Notes: a model not told the origin generated them from the sequence alone. 59,030 bases of DNA from Tubiluchus corallicola (GCA_030141605.1 JAQGDQ010001154.1:1-59030); one strand, 5' to 3'. Positions 42,069 to 54,924 are shown, counted from the stretch's first letter. Numbers and translations are program-made.

Positions 42069-42748
42069 TTAAAGCACAAGAAAACCCTTCATAAACATAA
42101 AGCTTGAAAAATTCGTTTTGAAATTTTATACCACTTACATACTGCCTTTTTGCGTGCTGGACTTCAATCGGCAGTCACGCTGTATAAAACATGTAAATTT
42201 AAACTCCCGCGATGACCGTTAGGCGCAGCCATTTTCACGACAGGTCATTTGAAACAAGTTTAGATTGTGTAACAAGCTTACAACATTGTGTAAAGTTTGA
42301 AAAAATAATCAGAGCATTCGTAGCGCACACGTCACTAGCTAAATAAAATTTAAAATTACTGTATCTTGTCAATAAGATTAAAAATACGTTTTCTGGAGGG
42401 TGAGTCAGCGACATTTTAGTGAAAACATTTTAAATAATTAATAATTTTGTTTTCTAGTTACATAAGTCTTTCTAGCAGGTAAGCGAAAATCTAAGTAATA
42501 TAGATTTGCACGGAAAGTCTTTTGAGACATAATTTAACATTTCCTTTTCTTCCCTTCATTTACGTTTGGTACATGACGTCATGTAATGGCGACTTCGGAA
42601 CAATATTGCGGGAGATTTAAAATGAAAACAAACTAAAATTCCTTTCAGTGCGAGTAAGATATACGCATAAAATTGCTATAAAGTAATATAATTTTTTAAG
42701 GCGATTTTTCTGAAACCTACTTCAGGTACCCCTTTTCTTGTCCTTTAA
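42069..42748 (+). mobile_element. Family B element, second copy (in E2 intron 2)
   Basis: TTAA-AGCACAAGAAAA ... TTTTCTTGTCCT-TTAA. Confidence 0.88.
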
Positions 42749-43837
42749 ACATCATCATGTTGTTCTCTGTGTGACCTCTGTAAGCTGCAGCCGCCTTTGT
42801 CTCCCTAAACATCCATAATCTTAACATTGTTGTATGCTTTAATAAGTTGGCAAACCGACACATCATCGGTGTATCTTTTTTATCTACCATCGTCTAAAAT
42901 CTATTGTAAAACTCTAACTATGTTAATTCAAATAAGTTTAAATTGAAAATTGAAAAATATGCATTCTCCCAACACACTGAAAGCTGAGACAAATTCAACA
43001 AAGCTGTCAGCAGTTTAGTGAATGCAATAATGACTTACGGACGCTTTTGTGAAACCGGCCCATGAAGTACATATATATATATAATGTATATATTATAGTA
43101 TGTATATATACATATATATATATACTGTACTGTATCTGTACTGAAATTGGATAATAAACAACGCGTAACGCTTTAGACTCAAAAAATGCATCATAATAAA
43201 AGTGCCTATACTATAAAAATATAGGACTAGTACGGAAACTTACATAGCAAAAAAAGTAGCAAAACTACCAAAAAGTATTAAAATTCACAATATTTCATAA
43301 GTCACCATCATGTCATCATGCATACAAATTTGTAGATATGTAATATATATATAGAAATCTTTATTGCAAAAATTATACACTAGTACAGAGTAAAACAAAT
43401 TATATATAAAATTAGTGGATAACCCAGTCAGTGACAGACTGATGTGCAATTGTGTGAGTTAGTCTAAGTTAAAAATTACAAGAATAAAAAGATTAAAATA
43501 CTATATTACATATCTACAAATTTGTCTAGAAGATGACATGATGGTGACTTATGAAATATTGTGAATTATAATACTTTTTGATAGAGTAAGTTTTCGTACG
43601 AGTCTTATATTTTTGTGGTATAGGCATTTTAATACTTTTTGATAGTTTTTGATAGTTTTTTGCCATGTAAGTCTCCGTACGAGTAGTATATTTTTATAGT
43701 ATAGACACTTGTAGTCTATACTATATAGTAATATACTTATAGTACAGTATCATACATACTATGATGAGTTTATGAGTCTAAAGCGTTACGCGTTTTTTGT
43801 TCTCCAATTTCAGTTCAGTATCAATTTCTTTTTTCAG

Positions 43838-44218
43838 GACTGGACATCCTCTAATGATCTGCTTGACCTGGCGCAAGGATTGCTTTATCTCCTCTATTAT
43901 CCCGCCCTGGATGACCCCTTGTCCGCTTACTTCATCAACGAGGACAGCCAGTTGAACGAAGATGATTTCTTAAAAAATGTCCGAGCTTCTTTAGAGGGCA
44001 GATTAACGTGTGACGATTTCTCGTTTCCTGTAAACAAACATTATGAAAGTCAGAAGTGTGGAAGAACTAATACTGAAAACTTGAACAAGACGTATCCTGT
44101 TGATGTAGTGAATCTAGCAGAAGTGTTTGCAAATGTCGCCATCGCCAGTACCGCCACAACGACAACAGTGAAAAGCGAATTCACTGTCATGGGTGCACAA
44201 GACAGTGACGTAACCTGA
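43838..44218 (+). CDS. E2 enzyme exon 3 (terminal)
   Basis: Acceptor tttcttttttcag; DWTSSNDLLDLAQGLLYLLYYPALDDPLS...FLKNVRASLEG resembles UBE2M DWKP...GLQYLFLEPNPEDPLN...FEQNVQRSMRG. Stop TGA at 44216-44218. Confidence 0.9.
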   Translation, partial: DWTSSNDLLDLAQGLLYLLYYPALDDPLSAYFINEDSQLNEDDFLKNVRASLEGRLTCDDFSFPVNKHYESQKCGRTNTENLNKTYPVDVVNLAEVFANVAIASTATTTTVKSEFTVMGAQDSDVT

Positions 44219-44264
44219 GAATCAATGATTACTTCCAATTGTGACAACTGTGATATTACAATCT

Positions 44265-44682
44265 CAGGGGCGTATTAACCAACAGGGTAACTAGGCTGTA
44301 GGCTCCTAGGGCGCCAAAGTTTGAGGGGCGTCACATTTTAGAAAAAATTCTTATTCTCCCCAGAAAATGTGTATACTTTCATATCCATGCATTTTATAAC
44401 ACACCACAGGCAGTTACTGAGCACAGCATTTATATTAGTGCCACATTACGAACAGGTGCAAGGTATTACACAACAAGCAGCTGAGCAGTCTACTTGGATA
44501 TACGCGCTGTGCAAATACATGATAGTAACAATGAATACGTAGAAACTAGGTAAATAGTGTTTCTAATACACCACAAACAATTGTTTGAGCTGCTCATTAC
44601 ATAAATAACAATAAATTTATAATAGAGATGGGCGGGACTGAACTTTCAGCCTAGGACGTCGTAAAGTCTTGATAAGCCATTG
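44265..44682. mobile_element. hAT-type MITE just downstream of the E2 stop codon
   Basis: Degenerate TIR CAGGGGCGTATT.../...ATAAGCCATTG; 8-bp TSD TACAATCT/TACAATCG. Confidence 0.75.
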
Positions 44683-45167
44683 TACAATCGTAAATATAAG
44701 CCGTTCTTTCTGATTGCTTACCTTCAGAAATATACCTGTATTAAAATCATCACGTGTCAATGATTGATCACGTGACTCACACATTATGCTCTGAAATAAG
44801 ATTTGTGAGTCATTATTTGACGTCTCTACGTACTCGTATCTTAAATGAGTACTATAATAACATTCGTGTTGATATTAAAAAAAGGTTGATATAATATGTC
44901 AAATTCTCGTGATTAGATCATACATGAATCAATAAGCTGTGTAAGCTATATACTGATGTGAATTGTTGTTTAGTCATAATAAATTTTATTTAAACTAATT
45001 TAAAGTTAGTGTCTCTTTTATAAATGATTGACTAGCATGAAAATACGCTACACTGTGATGTGCTTGAGTCACGTGATGTCGATTGAGTGTTTTTGGAGTG
45101 GCATTTGACATAAATTTTTCGATGCCAACTGTCACTGGAGAGCACGATGTCGTTTATTATTGTGTTC

Positions 45168-45168
45168 G

Positions 45169-45256
<88 letters not shown>

Positions 45257-46205
45257 AGTCGTTTTGCTGTTGTTGTCATTACCTTGTAATTGTTGCTGTT
45301 GTTGTCGTCATTACCCTGTAATTGTTGCTGTTGTTGTCATTACCCTGTAATTGTTGCTGTTGTTATTGTCATTACCCTGTAATTGTTGCTGTTGTCGTCA
45401 TTACCCTGTAATAGTTGTTGTTGTTGTCGTTTTGCTGTTGTTGTCATTACCCTGTAATTGTTGCTGTTGTCGTCATTACCTTGTAATAGTTGTTGTTGTT
45501 TTGCTGTTGTTGTTTTGCTATTGTTGTCATTACCCTGTAATTGTTAATGTTGTCGTCATTACCCTGTAATTGTTGTTGTTGTCGTCATTACCCTGTAATA
45601 GTTGTTGTTGTTTTGCTGTTGTTGTCATTACCCTGTAATTGTTGCTGTTGTCGTCATTACCTTGTAATTGTTGCTGTTGTTGTCGTCATTACCCTGTAAT
45701 AGTTGTTGTTGTTATTGTTGTTGTTATTTTGCTGTTGTCGTCATTACCCTGTAATTGTTGCTGTTGTTGTCATTACCCTGTAATTGTTGTTGTTGTTGTC
45801 GTCATTACCTTGTAATTGTTGCTGTTGTTGTCGTCATTACCCTGTAATAGTTGTTGTTGTTGTTGTTTTCGCTGTTTTGCTGTTGTAGTCATTACTCTGT
45901 AATTGTTGCTGTTGTTGTCATTACCCTGTAATTGTTACTGTTGTTGTCGTCATTACCCTGTAATTGTTGCTGTTGTCGTCATTACCCTGTAATAGTTGTT
46001 GTTGTTATTGTTGTTGTTGTTTTGCTATTGTTGTCATTACCCTGTAATTGTTGCTGTTGTTGTCATCACCCTGTAATTGTTGTTGTTGTTGTTGTTGTCG
46101 TCATTACCCTGTAATTGTTGCTGTTGTCGTTTTGCTGTTGTCGTCATTACCTGCAATTGTTGCTGTTGTTGTCATCATTACTTTGTAGTTGCTGTTGTTG
46201 TCGTC
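45168..46205. repeat. (GTT)n microsatellite grading into a gtcattaccctgtaattgttgctgtt minisatellite
   Basis: Direct inspection. Confidence 0.93.
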
Positions 46206-46465
46206 ATCACCGCCACCATTGTCGGTGATTATTTGTAGACAATAAGCAATTACCGCTACGTAAGCAAGGCTCACAAAATTTTCAATATTTTTTATTTGAG
46301 CTCTCGTTATTTGTATTGCAATTGTCGCTGTAGTTATTGCTGTTGTCATCAGCATTGTCACCGCCGTCGTCATTTTTTAATACATGGATTTAGTAAGTCT
46401 TTGGACAACGGTTAAACCTCAAAAGTAACGAAAGTAACGCAAGCAATTTGTTTATGCTAACTTTG

Positions 46466-46479
46466 CCACTAGATGGCGC
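46466..46479 (+). promoter_or_regulatory. CTCF-consensus site
   Basis: CCACTAGATGGCGC is an exact match to the CCASYAGRKGGCRS core in AT-rich intergenic DNA. Confidence 0.5.
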
Positions 46480-46967
46480 CACACGCCTAAGCATTGAACT
46501 AGTTTTCACTTACGAACTCGCCTGAATTTGATTCAAAATCTGATTAAATTAAAAAACGTGAAATGCAATAAAACGGTGTAAGTTAAATACTTAACGAGTT
46601 AACTTATTACATTAACTTACGTAAGTTAAATACTTAACGACAGTTCAGCGACTAAGTTTACTAAAATTTTCGATTAACTTGAGTTGCAATTTTTGCGCAT
46701 GCGCGTAAATCAAAATATAAAATGTTTTCAACAATTACACGTCTAATCCCCCAGTAATAATTAAGCCTGACGTTTATTGCTTGCGACGTAATTCCATTTG
46801 GTTACATTAATTTTGTCCTTTTGTAATGCGTTCACTAGGGAAATTAACATATCCAGATTCCTGACTACGTTTCTTGTTTAAGAAATCTTTTTAAATTTCA
46901 AAATTTTTAAGCTACAGTATGTATTTTATTTGTATATATGCGTATGCGTGTCAAGATAAAAACAAAT

Positions 46968-47765
46968 ATTATGTTATGTTATGTTACATTACGTTACATT
47001 AAGTTATGTTATGTTATGCTAGGCTAAGTTAAGTTATGACATGTCATGTCGCATCGTGTTATGTTATATTATGCCATGTTACGTTACATTACATTACACT
47101 AAGTTATGTTGCACTATGCTTTGTTATATTATGTTATGTCATGTCACGTCATGTTATGCTACATTATGCCATGTTATGTTACATTGCGTTACATTAAATT
47201 ACGTTATGTTATGCTAGGCTAAGTTAAGTTATGACATGTCATGTCGCATCATGTTATGTTATATTATGCCATGTTATGTTACATTACATTACACTAAGTT
47301 ATGTTGTACTATGCTTTGTTATATTATGTTATGTCATGTCACTTCATGTTATGCTACATTATGCCATGTTATGTTACATTGCATTACATTAAGTTATGTT
47401 ATGTTATGCTATGCTACGTTATGATATGATATGTCATGTCATGTCGCGTCATGTTATGTTATATTATGCCAGTTATGTTACATTACATTACACTAAGTTA
47501 TGTCATGCTGTACTATGCTATGTTATGTTATATTATGTTATGTCATGTCACGTCATGTTATGATATGTTATGCCATGTTAAGTTGTGTTGTGTTATGTTA
47601 CGTTACGTTACACTACGCTATGTTACGTTATGTCATGTTATGTTGTGTTACATTGCATACTTTATATTGTTATGTTGTACTATGCTATGTTATGTTATAT
47701 CATATCACGTCATGTCATGCTATGCTATTTTATGTTATGTCATGTCATGTTGTGTTACGTTACTT
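46968..47765. repeat. Degenerate (TGTTA)n with a ~200-bp higher-order duplication
   Basis: Direct inspection. Confidence 0.9.
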
Positions 47766-48950
47766 TGTGATGTTTTTCTGTGTACTTGACATCAATTGAC
47801 CTTTATACTAGGTGTTTTAATACCTAGTATTAAAATGTGCATAAAATACATAGTATTTAAAGGTACTATAATACCTTTATCCTGTGAAATGAGTTAAATT
47901 CAGATAAAACTTGAACAAAAGCTCTACTGAAAATAATTTATTCATGTTTACCTAAATAATAATATAGGCCTATGATACGCTTTGATAACCTGCTGCTGAT
48001 CACGGAGCACGTGTATGCGTACACGCGCGCACTCATGCGCACACGCACACAGACACGCATACTCATAACATAACTCTTTACCTATCATTTGACTCTAGCA
48101 TAATACTACATCTCGAATAAAATCCTGTTTTGACAACATAGCTTTTATATACAACATATAATATCTTACATTAGACCTATATAACGCAAAAAATCCTTTC
48201 ACAAAGTATTAAACTACATAACAACGTAATTAACACACACAGTTCATTAGCAAATAAGTCCAATTTATGAAAATAAAAATTTAAGCTAACATGAATTACA
48301 TGAATCGTCGTTAGAATCGAGTCAGTCATATACATCCGGTTTGCTATCAGGCATATCCGGTCTGCTCGAGATTTTGCACCAATTGTCATACGCCTGTGAT
48401 TCTAACGATGAACAATGTTTGACATTAGATCAGAACTGCTATACTACTACTAAAATACCTGATCTTTTTACAAGTGTGAGCCGGAGGTATAATTAAAAAA
48501 TAATTAAATAATCGTTTTTTTGGTTAAATACATATCAGAAAATATATCAAAGTTACTGTATCGCAGGCCTGCTGTAGTTGAGTAAACCTAGATGTTCTAA
48601 AAAAGGAGTATTTTCTTCGAGTATTCCACAGCGCAGTTCTAACGTTTGCATGTACTAACCTGCTGTACCTAGAGAAGCTTTCATTCAGTATATCGCGTTA
48701 TCACTACCTTTTGTCATTTGTAAATAATTTTTGAAGCCGGGGAGTATAATCTCTGGCTTCATTTACGAGATCTTATTGTACAACTTGTTTATGCAGTGAA
48801 ATTTGACTCTTACAACCTACTGTAACGACACAACAAATTCACGTCCACACAATATGATACTGTACAACGAAGTACCGATGATACGTACTTATTTATACAC
48901 AATACTTAGCATATTTTTCAAGCCAATTCTTATTACAGGCACATAAAAAC

Positions 48951-49252
48951 ATTTATAGTTAAAAACAACACAACTTTATTAAAAACTTTTATATTAAAAA
49001 GTTAAAAGTTAAAATCATGCCAAAAGTTTCAACTAGCTGCTGTCGTCATCATCAAAGCATTCATTATTCAACACCTATTTGGCTTCTGTTAAATACTTAA
49101 TTAGTGCTCTGCCTACACAAACGGTTGTATGTTTGTAAATTTACCACTGATGATGACAGCAGCAGCTAGTCGAAATGTTTGGCGCGATTTTTAACTATTA
49201 ACTTTTTAATGTAAAAGTTGTGAATAAAGTTGCGATGTTTTTAACTATAAAT
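48951..49252. mobile_element. Penelope-like element remnant (inverted pseudo-LTR pair)
   Basis: ~100-bp inverted arms (48951-49053 and 49148-49252); one arm contains a hammerhead core. Confidence 0.7.
49144..49182 (+). ncRNA. Minimal type I hammerhead ribozyme motif (PLE-type)
   Basis: CCA-CUGAUGA-U-GAC(agcagcagcua)GUC-GAAA-UG-UU-UGG: stem I CCA/UGG, stem II GAC/GUC, near-palindromic stem III. Confidence 0.65.
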
Positions 49253-50374
49253 ACTTAGCATATGTTATATTCCTACAGTGGTACAACATTTTGTGAGATA
49301 CAGAAATTGTCGTTAATTTGACAGTGACTAGATCACGGAACAATAATGGCAGAAACTTCAGATCTAACTCCCATATCTGTATGTTTTTATCACATTAACA
49401 GAACCGCCATTGATTCAGATTGGCAACAGCTGTAACTGTATGCCTTTTGGGTGTCCGTTTTTCTTAAAAATGTATGGATCTGGACTTCTACTCACCTTAT
49501 ATGAAACAAACTTTTATTCCTATTGCCATGTTCCTTATATTTTACACCGTTGCTTATGGCGCACAACAGGAATAAATTATAATTAGTTCACTGGTGTTTT
49601 AATGTCTTCGTAACCATCGTAACACAAATTATAATCTGTTTTTATATTAAGTTACAAAAAACTGAACTCAGTCTAATGAGAAATAACAATTATCACAATT
49701 TTCTTTGCATTGCCAATCAAAAAGCATTTTTATACATGCAAAATAACTTAAACACAAATGAAGCCAGTTAAAAAGGTTTAATTGTGGCATTGTGTCTACA
49801 CAACTCACATTAATTACTCAGTTCGATTTTAACAATTGATGTATTTTCGCCACACATTTTCATTATCACAAGCAAGACGTTTCTAAGAAATACTTTCAAT
49901 TTTTCTCTATTTCTCTTCACTTTTGTCAAACAAGCGCTTAGTAACTCGAATCTGGCTTCAGTTATAGCAATTTTGAATACTGTTTTACGTGGGTTGATAG
50001 ATTACATTAGCAAAAATTTCCGGAATTTACAAACCTGCAAATTGTCTTATTACCTGCTTTAAAATGTCAAAACGAAATGAATTTCAAAGCTAGTTACGTC
50101 ACAAGCAAGCACGTGCAAAACAAGTGAACAGTAAAAAGTAAAACAAACTCTGACTGGACAGAGACTTTGCTTATAACCTGTTTTGTACGAATTACTTGCT
50201 TTAGGCGCTCTCTTTAGTTAAAAAAGTTTCTTGAGCTTATGAATGTATAAAGAGCGTGGTCGAATAGAGCTTAAACAGCACTGACTTAGTAGCTTAATCG
50301 CCTTGCATGCATTATTATTGCGACCTGACGCAATCATTGTGTGTGCACACGCCTTGATGAAAAACAGCTTACTT

Positions 50375-50705
50375 TCTAGTGTGAACATACCTTGGTGAAA
50401 AATAGTTTTCTGGTGTGAACATGCCTTTGTGAAAAATGGCTCTCTAGTGTGAACATACCTTGGTGAAAAATAGTTTTCTGGTGTGAACATGCCTTTGTGA
50501 AAAATGGCTTTCTAGTGTGAACATACCTTGGTGAAAAATGGTCTGGTGTGAACATGTCTTGGTGAAAAACAACTTTTTAATGTGAACATGCCTTGGTAAA
50601 AATGGTTTTCTTGTGTGAACAAACCTTGGTGAAAAATGGTTTTCTAGTGTGAACATGTCTTGACGAAAAATGGTTTTCTGGTGTGAACGTGACTTGGTGA
50701 AAACC
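50375..50705. repeat. 34-bp minisatellite, ~10 copies
   Basis: Unit gtgtgaacataccttggtgaaaaatagttttctg. Confidence 0.9.
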
Positions 50706-50981
50706 GACTTTCTCTTTGCACTAGATTTGTACATTTTCGTATTTATAAAGAAATAGAAAGAAATACGAAATGTGTTACACTAAACAAATTTTCGTAACGC
50801 TTGGGACGGTGTCAAAAAAAAGACTGAAAGAATTAATAAATGATACTTTTTACTGATATATAAACTAAGTTTGAATTGCAATCATTGGTTGAATTTCAGA
50901 AGTTGCAACTTGAAGTCTGTTCTGTCTGCAATTCTGCTGCTCGGGTCTTATAATTGGCGTCGTCTGCAGTCACACGGGCAA

Positions 50982-51063
50982 TTAGAGGTGCATCTTTGGC
51001 TCAGTGAGTGGAGACAAATCTGGAACTGATGTTGCAGCATTCCAAAGATAATGCAGCGGCGAC
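50982..51063 (-). CDS. Terminal coding exon of an unidentified gene
   Basis: Strong pyrimidine-rich acceptor (ctc + T-run + ctag|G). In phase 2 it reads SPLHYLWNAATSVPDLSPLTEPKMHL*. Confidence 0.5.
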
Positions 51064-51485
51064 CTAGAAAAAAAGAGATGAAACATTAAGTATCTTTACG
51101 AAACAAAGACGTAGAGAAAGCGAAATAATGCCAAGCATCACAGGACATGCAAGACAAATCACGGTGATTATCTCTAATCCATCTATAAAGATGCTTTTTC
51201 TTAGAAATGTCTTATGGGTCTATAGTGTAGTCTTTATAATTACATTTAATGGAGTAACGTAAAGCTTAGTTCACACGCCAAAAAAGTTTTATTTTATTTT
51301 TTTATATTCTAGTAGCAAGGACCCACAATTTGATGATGACGATGATGATATTAATAATAATAACAACAATAATAATTTATTAGCCTGACTAAGAAAAACA
51401 AGATCACAGGTAAAAATGTTACCCTACACAAATTAATATTTATCAAATTACGTCAGGCAACTAAAATTTACAGAAACAACTAAAT

Positions 51486-51972
51486 ATGTTATGTTATGTT
51501 CTGTTCTGTTATGTTATGTTATGTTATGTTATGTTATGTTATGTTATGTTATGTTATGTTATGTTATGTTATGTTATGTTATGTTATGTTATGTTATGTT
51601 ATGTTATGTTATGTTATGTTATGTTATGTTATGTTATGTTATGTTATGTTATGTTATGTTATGTTATGTTATGTTATGTTATGTTATGTTATGTTATGTT
51701 ATGTTATGTTATGTTATGCTATGTTATGTTATGTTAAATTGTATTATGATATGTTATGTTATGTTATGTTATGTTATGTTATGTTATGTTATGTTATGTT
51801 ATGTTATGTTATTTTATGTTATGTTATGTTATGTTATGTTACGCTTTTGTGTTATGATATGTTATGTGTCTTGTCATGTCATGTCTTCTCTTGTCGTGTC
51901 GTGCCGTGCCTCTCGTGTCGTGTCGTGTCATGTCATGTTATGTTACGCTGTGTTCTGTTCTGTTATGTTATC
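51486..51972. repeat. (TGTTA)n microsatellite
   Basis: Direct inspection. Confidence 0.95.
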
Positions 51973-52502
51973 ATGTGTACACCCAGTGCCTTAGTAATAC
52001 TGGCTTATTCTTGATAGTGAACCCAAATCATTTAAAACTAATACATAACGTCTTAAATTCTTCGGAGGCGTTCGGAAAACACCTCTTTTGGAGGCGACGT
52101 CCTCCTCTTTAACTCACTTCTGGCGCCAATAAATGATGGTTTCCTAATCATAGCCATACCGGCTACTGATTCTCAAAATACGTTCCAAGTGTAATCAGTT
52201 TCTGTATAGTGCGTGCGTGCGTGTGCGTGCGCGTGTGTGTGCGTGTGCGTGCGCGCGTGTGTGCGTGTGTGTATGTGTGTGTATAGTTTGCATTTGAAAG
52301 CTGCTGTAGTCAGATGAATTTCTCTGTTTAGACGAACTCCATTCTTTGCGACCTATTTCCATTTTTAAACTCAAGTATTAGTCGTGAACCAGTATAAACC
52401 AAGTTATCTCAAATTAGCTTAGTCAAAATTTATCTTCTTATCAAATGCACCATTTATTACAAGCACGGAAGCTCGATATGTGCAAGATACGGTCAGAAAT
52501 TT

Positions 52503-52962
52503 TTAAAGGAAAACCGGACGATTTATTAGACTGAATCTCATTTTAATTAGCTGTCCAAAATATACGGTTTCTTGAGTATAAAAGTTAGCAGTTGTTTCGC
52601 ATATTTGAATAATTAACTTGGAATGTTAATTAACGGCAACCGACAACAGCTATCGCTTACGTCACAAACTAACCACAGGTTGTGCAATGGTAGCCACCTT
52701 CTCTGCACGTCAAGCACGCTTGCGTAAGCGAAGATTGCTATAATACGCTGATGTGACGTCGCGAAAATGAGCTCTGCGTCACACTGACGTCACAGAAGAA
52801 CGCGTTCATGCTTATCACGGTACAGTGCCTATTTGTCGTCCGCGCGAATGTGACAGGCGCCATTGCCGGTCCTAGTGGATTCGCTGAGCCGCGCATAGCT
52901 TTGAAAGTTTAACAAAATTTAACTATCCGAGGAAATTATTATTTAAATTAAGCTTTGATTTA
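52503..52962 (+). mobile_element. Possible further TTAA-flanked element, distantly related to family A
   Basis: Starts TTAAAGGAAAACC and shares ttaattaacggc...cgtcacaaactaac with family A; CpG-rich. Right end is uncertain. Confidence 0.4.
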
Positions 52963-53467
52963 AAAAAAGCTGTTGTAGTTTTCATTATTTTAGATTATAC
53001 TATATTTTGAACTAATGGCAGCTTGACGTACGAGAAACAATGAAATGCGACGTGGCTTACAGGCGTAATGATGATGGCTGGTTAGACGACAGAGACGCAG
53101 CGCAAAAATTCTTGCTACGGTAAAAGCTTTCCTGAAAAGTGTCGTGCGTCACGTTGTTGACAAGTTTTAATGGATGGTTCTGTCACAGAGGAATGGCTGC
53201 ACGGGGCAGATCCAGGACTAGAGAAAGAGTTACGCTCTCTTATTGAATATTGCACATCGTTAAGCATCAGTAGTGATTTGCCACTGAAGCCAAAAAAATA
53301 GAACAGTATTAAAATATCACAGTATTTTGTATTGGATCTTGTATTTGCATTTGTATTTGTACTTAGCAGACCTGTAAACTGTAAGAACTTACGCCCCTTG
53401 TCTTGTGCCGCCCCCTCACCCTAAACGGACATATTCACTTCGAAGAACATCAACAACATTATTAAAT

Positions 53468-53727
53468 AAGATGGGGGCGACAAACCGCGCTAACCACTCA
53501 CCAGGGGGCGCATTGAGATGTCAGCGAAGCCCAAAAGTGACTCCAGAAAGAGATAAGATGGGGGCGACAAACCACGCAAACCACTCACCAGGGGGCACAT
53601 TGAGATGTCAGCAAAGCCCAAAAGTGACTCCAGAAAGAGAGAAGGTGGGGGCGACAAATCGCGCTAACCACTCACCAGGGGGCACATTGAGATGCCAGCG
53701 AAGCCCAAAAGTGACTCCAGAAAGAGA
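53468..53727. repeat. 87-bp GC-rich tandem repeat, 3 copies
   Basis: Unit gatgggggcgacaaaccgcgctaaccactcaccagggggc(g/a)cattgagatg...ccagaaagaga. Confidence 0.95.
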
Positions 53728-54479
53728 ACATATTAAAAGAAGCCATGTATGTTAGGCGATTTTACTACTAAACAAAATCTACATAAAATTCTTGCTTGCT
53801 CAGCTATGCTCTTTGACATAGGTAGCAGAAGCAGAGCACAAGTTCCAAGATAATTGTTTGAAGATCCGTTACCATGGCAACCGGGAAGAAAAACCTCTGT
53901 GTACGGCGCAATGTTTTCAGTCTCTCGTTAATTCAAATAGACGCTATTATTTCTGCGTGGAAAACGCAGGTGTCGAGATGCTTTGTGAAACAAATCAAAT
54001 TTTTTATCATTAATTCTTACGATCTTTTGCATTTTATCAGTCATCGAGAGGCTACAGAAGCCAGAGCAACAAGTTTATTTTGACCCAGACTTTGGTCCTA
54101 ACCTCGTCTCCTAATTTTAGCTCCTATTAACGTTTGTTGGGTATCACTGCGCTTCGATATGCAATTTATGTAAATATTTTAATAGTTTCTATCGTAATTT
54201 TATAGTATAGTTGAGTGTTTTTTTAATTTTCTTAATTTCATATAATGCTATCGTGAAGCTCACGATTTCTTTATCTTATTTTTATTAGTTCTTAATTATG
54301 ATCATTAGTCATATTATTACATTTTCTTGTTAAAACATTAAAAATCCCACACAAGAAATTTCAGCTATAAAATAAGTCTATTTCTTTATATACAGTCTAA
54401 ACTTTTATCCTTGAACTAGTGTGCATAGCATTTACCTTCAATGAATTGCTGGCTTCCTTGCTTCATGGAAAAAACTTAC

Positions 54480-54526
54480 CTGGGCAGTTGGCTTTCAGAG
54501 ATCATTGAGTAAGCATGTGACTTAAA
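54480..54526 (-). CDS. Penultimate exon of an unidentified gene
   Basis: gctctctcag| FKSHAYSMISESQLP(R) |gtaagt. 47 nt with a phase-2 end that matches the next exon. Confidence 0.5.
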
Positions 54527-54924
54527 CTGAGAGAGCAATGTATAGTGTTGTTAATGATTTATATAAATAAAGCTCACCTGTATTTTACCTGAATTCTACC
54601 TGTATTCTAGTGACTTAGCAATTACCTTCATAAATGCTATGTACTTCAAATCAATGAAATAAATTTAAAATAAATAAATAAATAAATAAAAACTAGAACT
54701 ACTCCATAATTAAAATTAAAGCTGAACCAGCAGTATCATAACCAAATATCTGATTGGCTACAATAGCTAGGTCGCAGGTGAAGCCATTTATTTTGCTGTA
54801 GATTTATATAGGCTTCAGTGCTAATCATTTTAAAGTCCTGACTTTTGAACCCAGTCTTGGTTTATAGTAAGTGTGAAAATTAGATTATCGCTGCATTGAT
54901 GTTAAATTTTATTGTTTAACCTCC

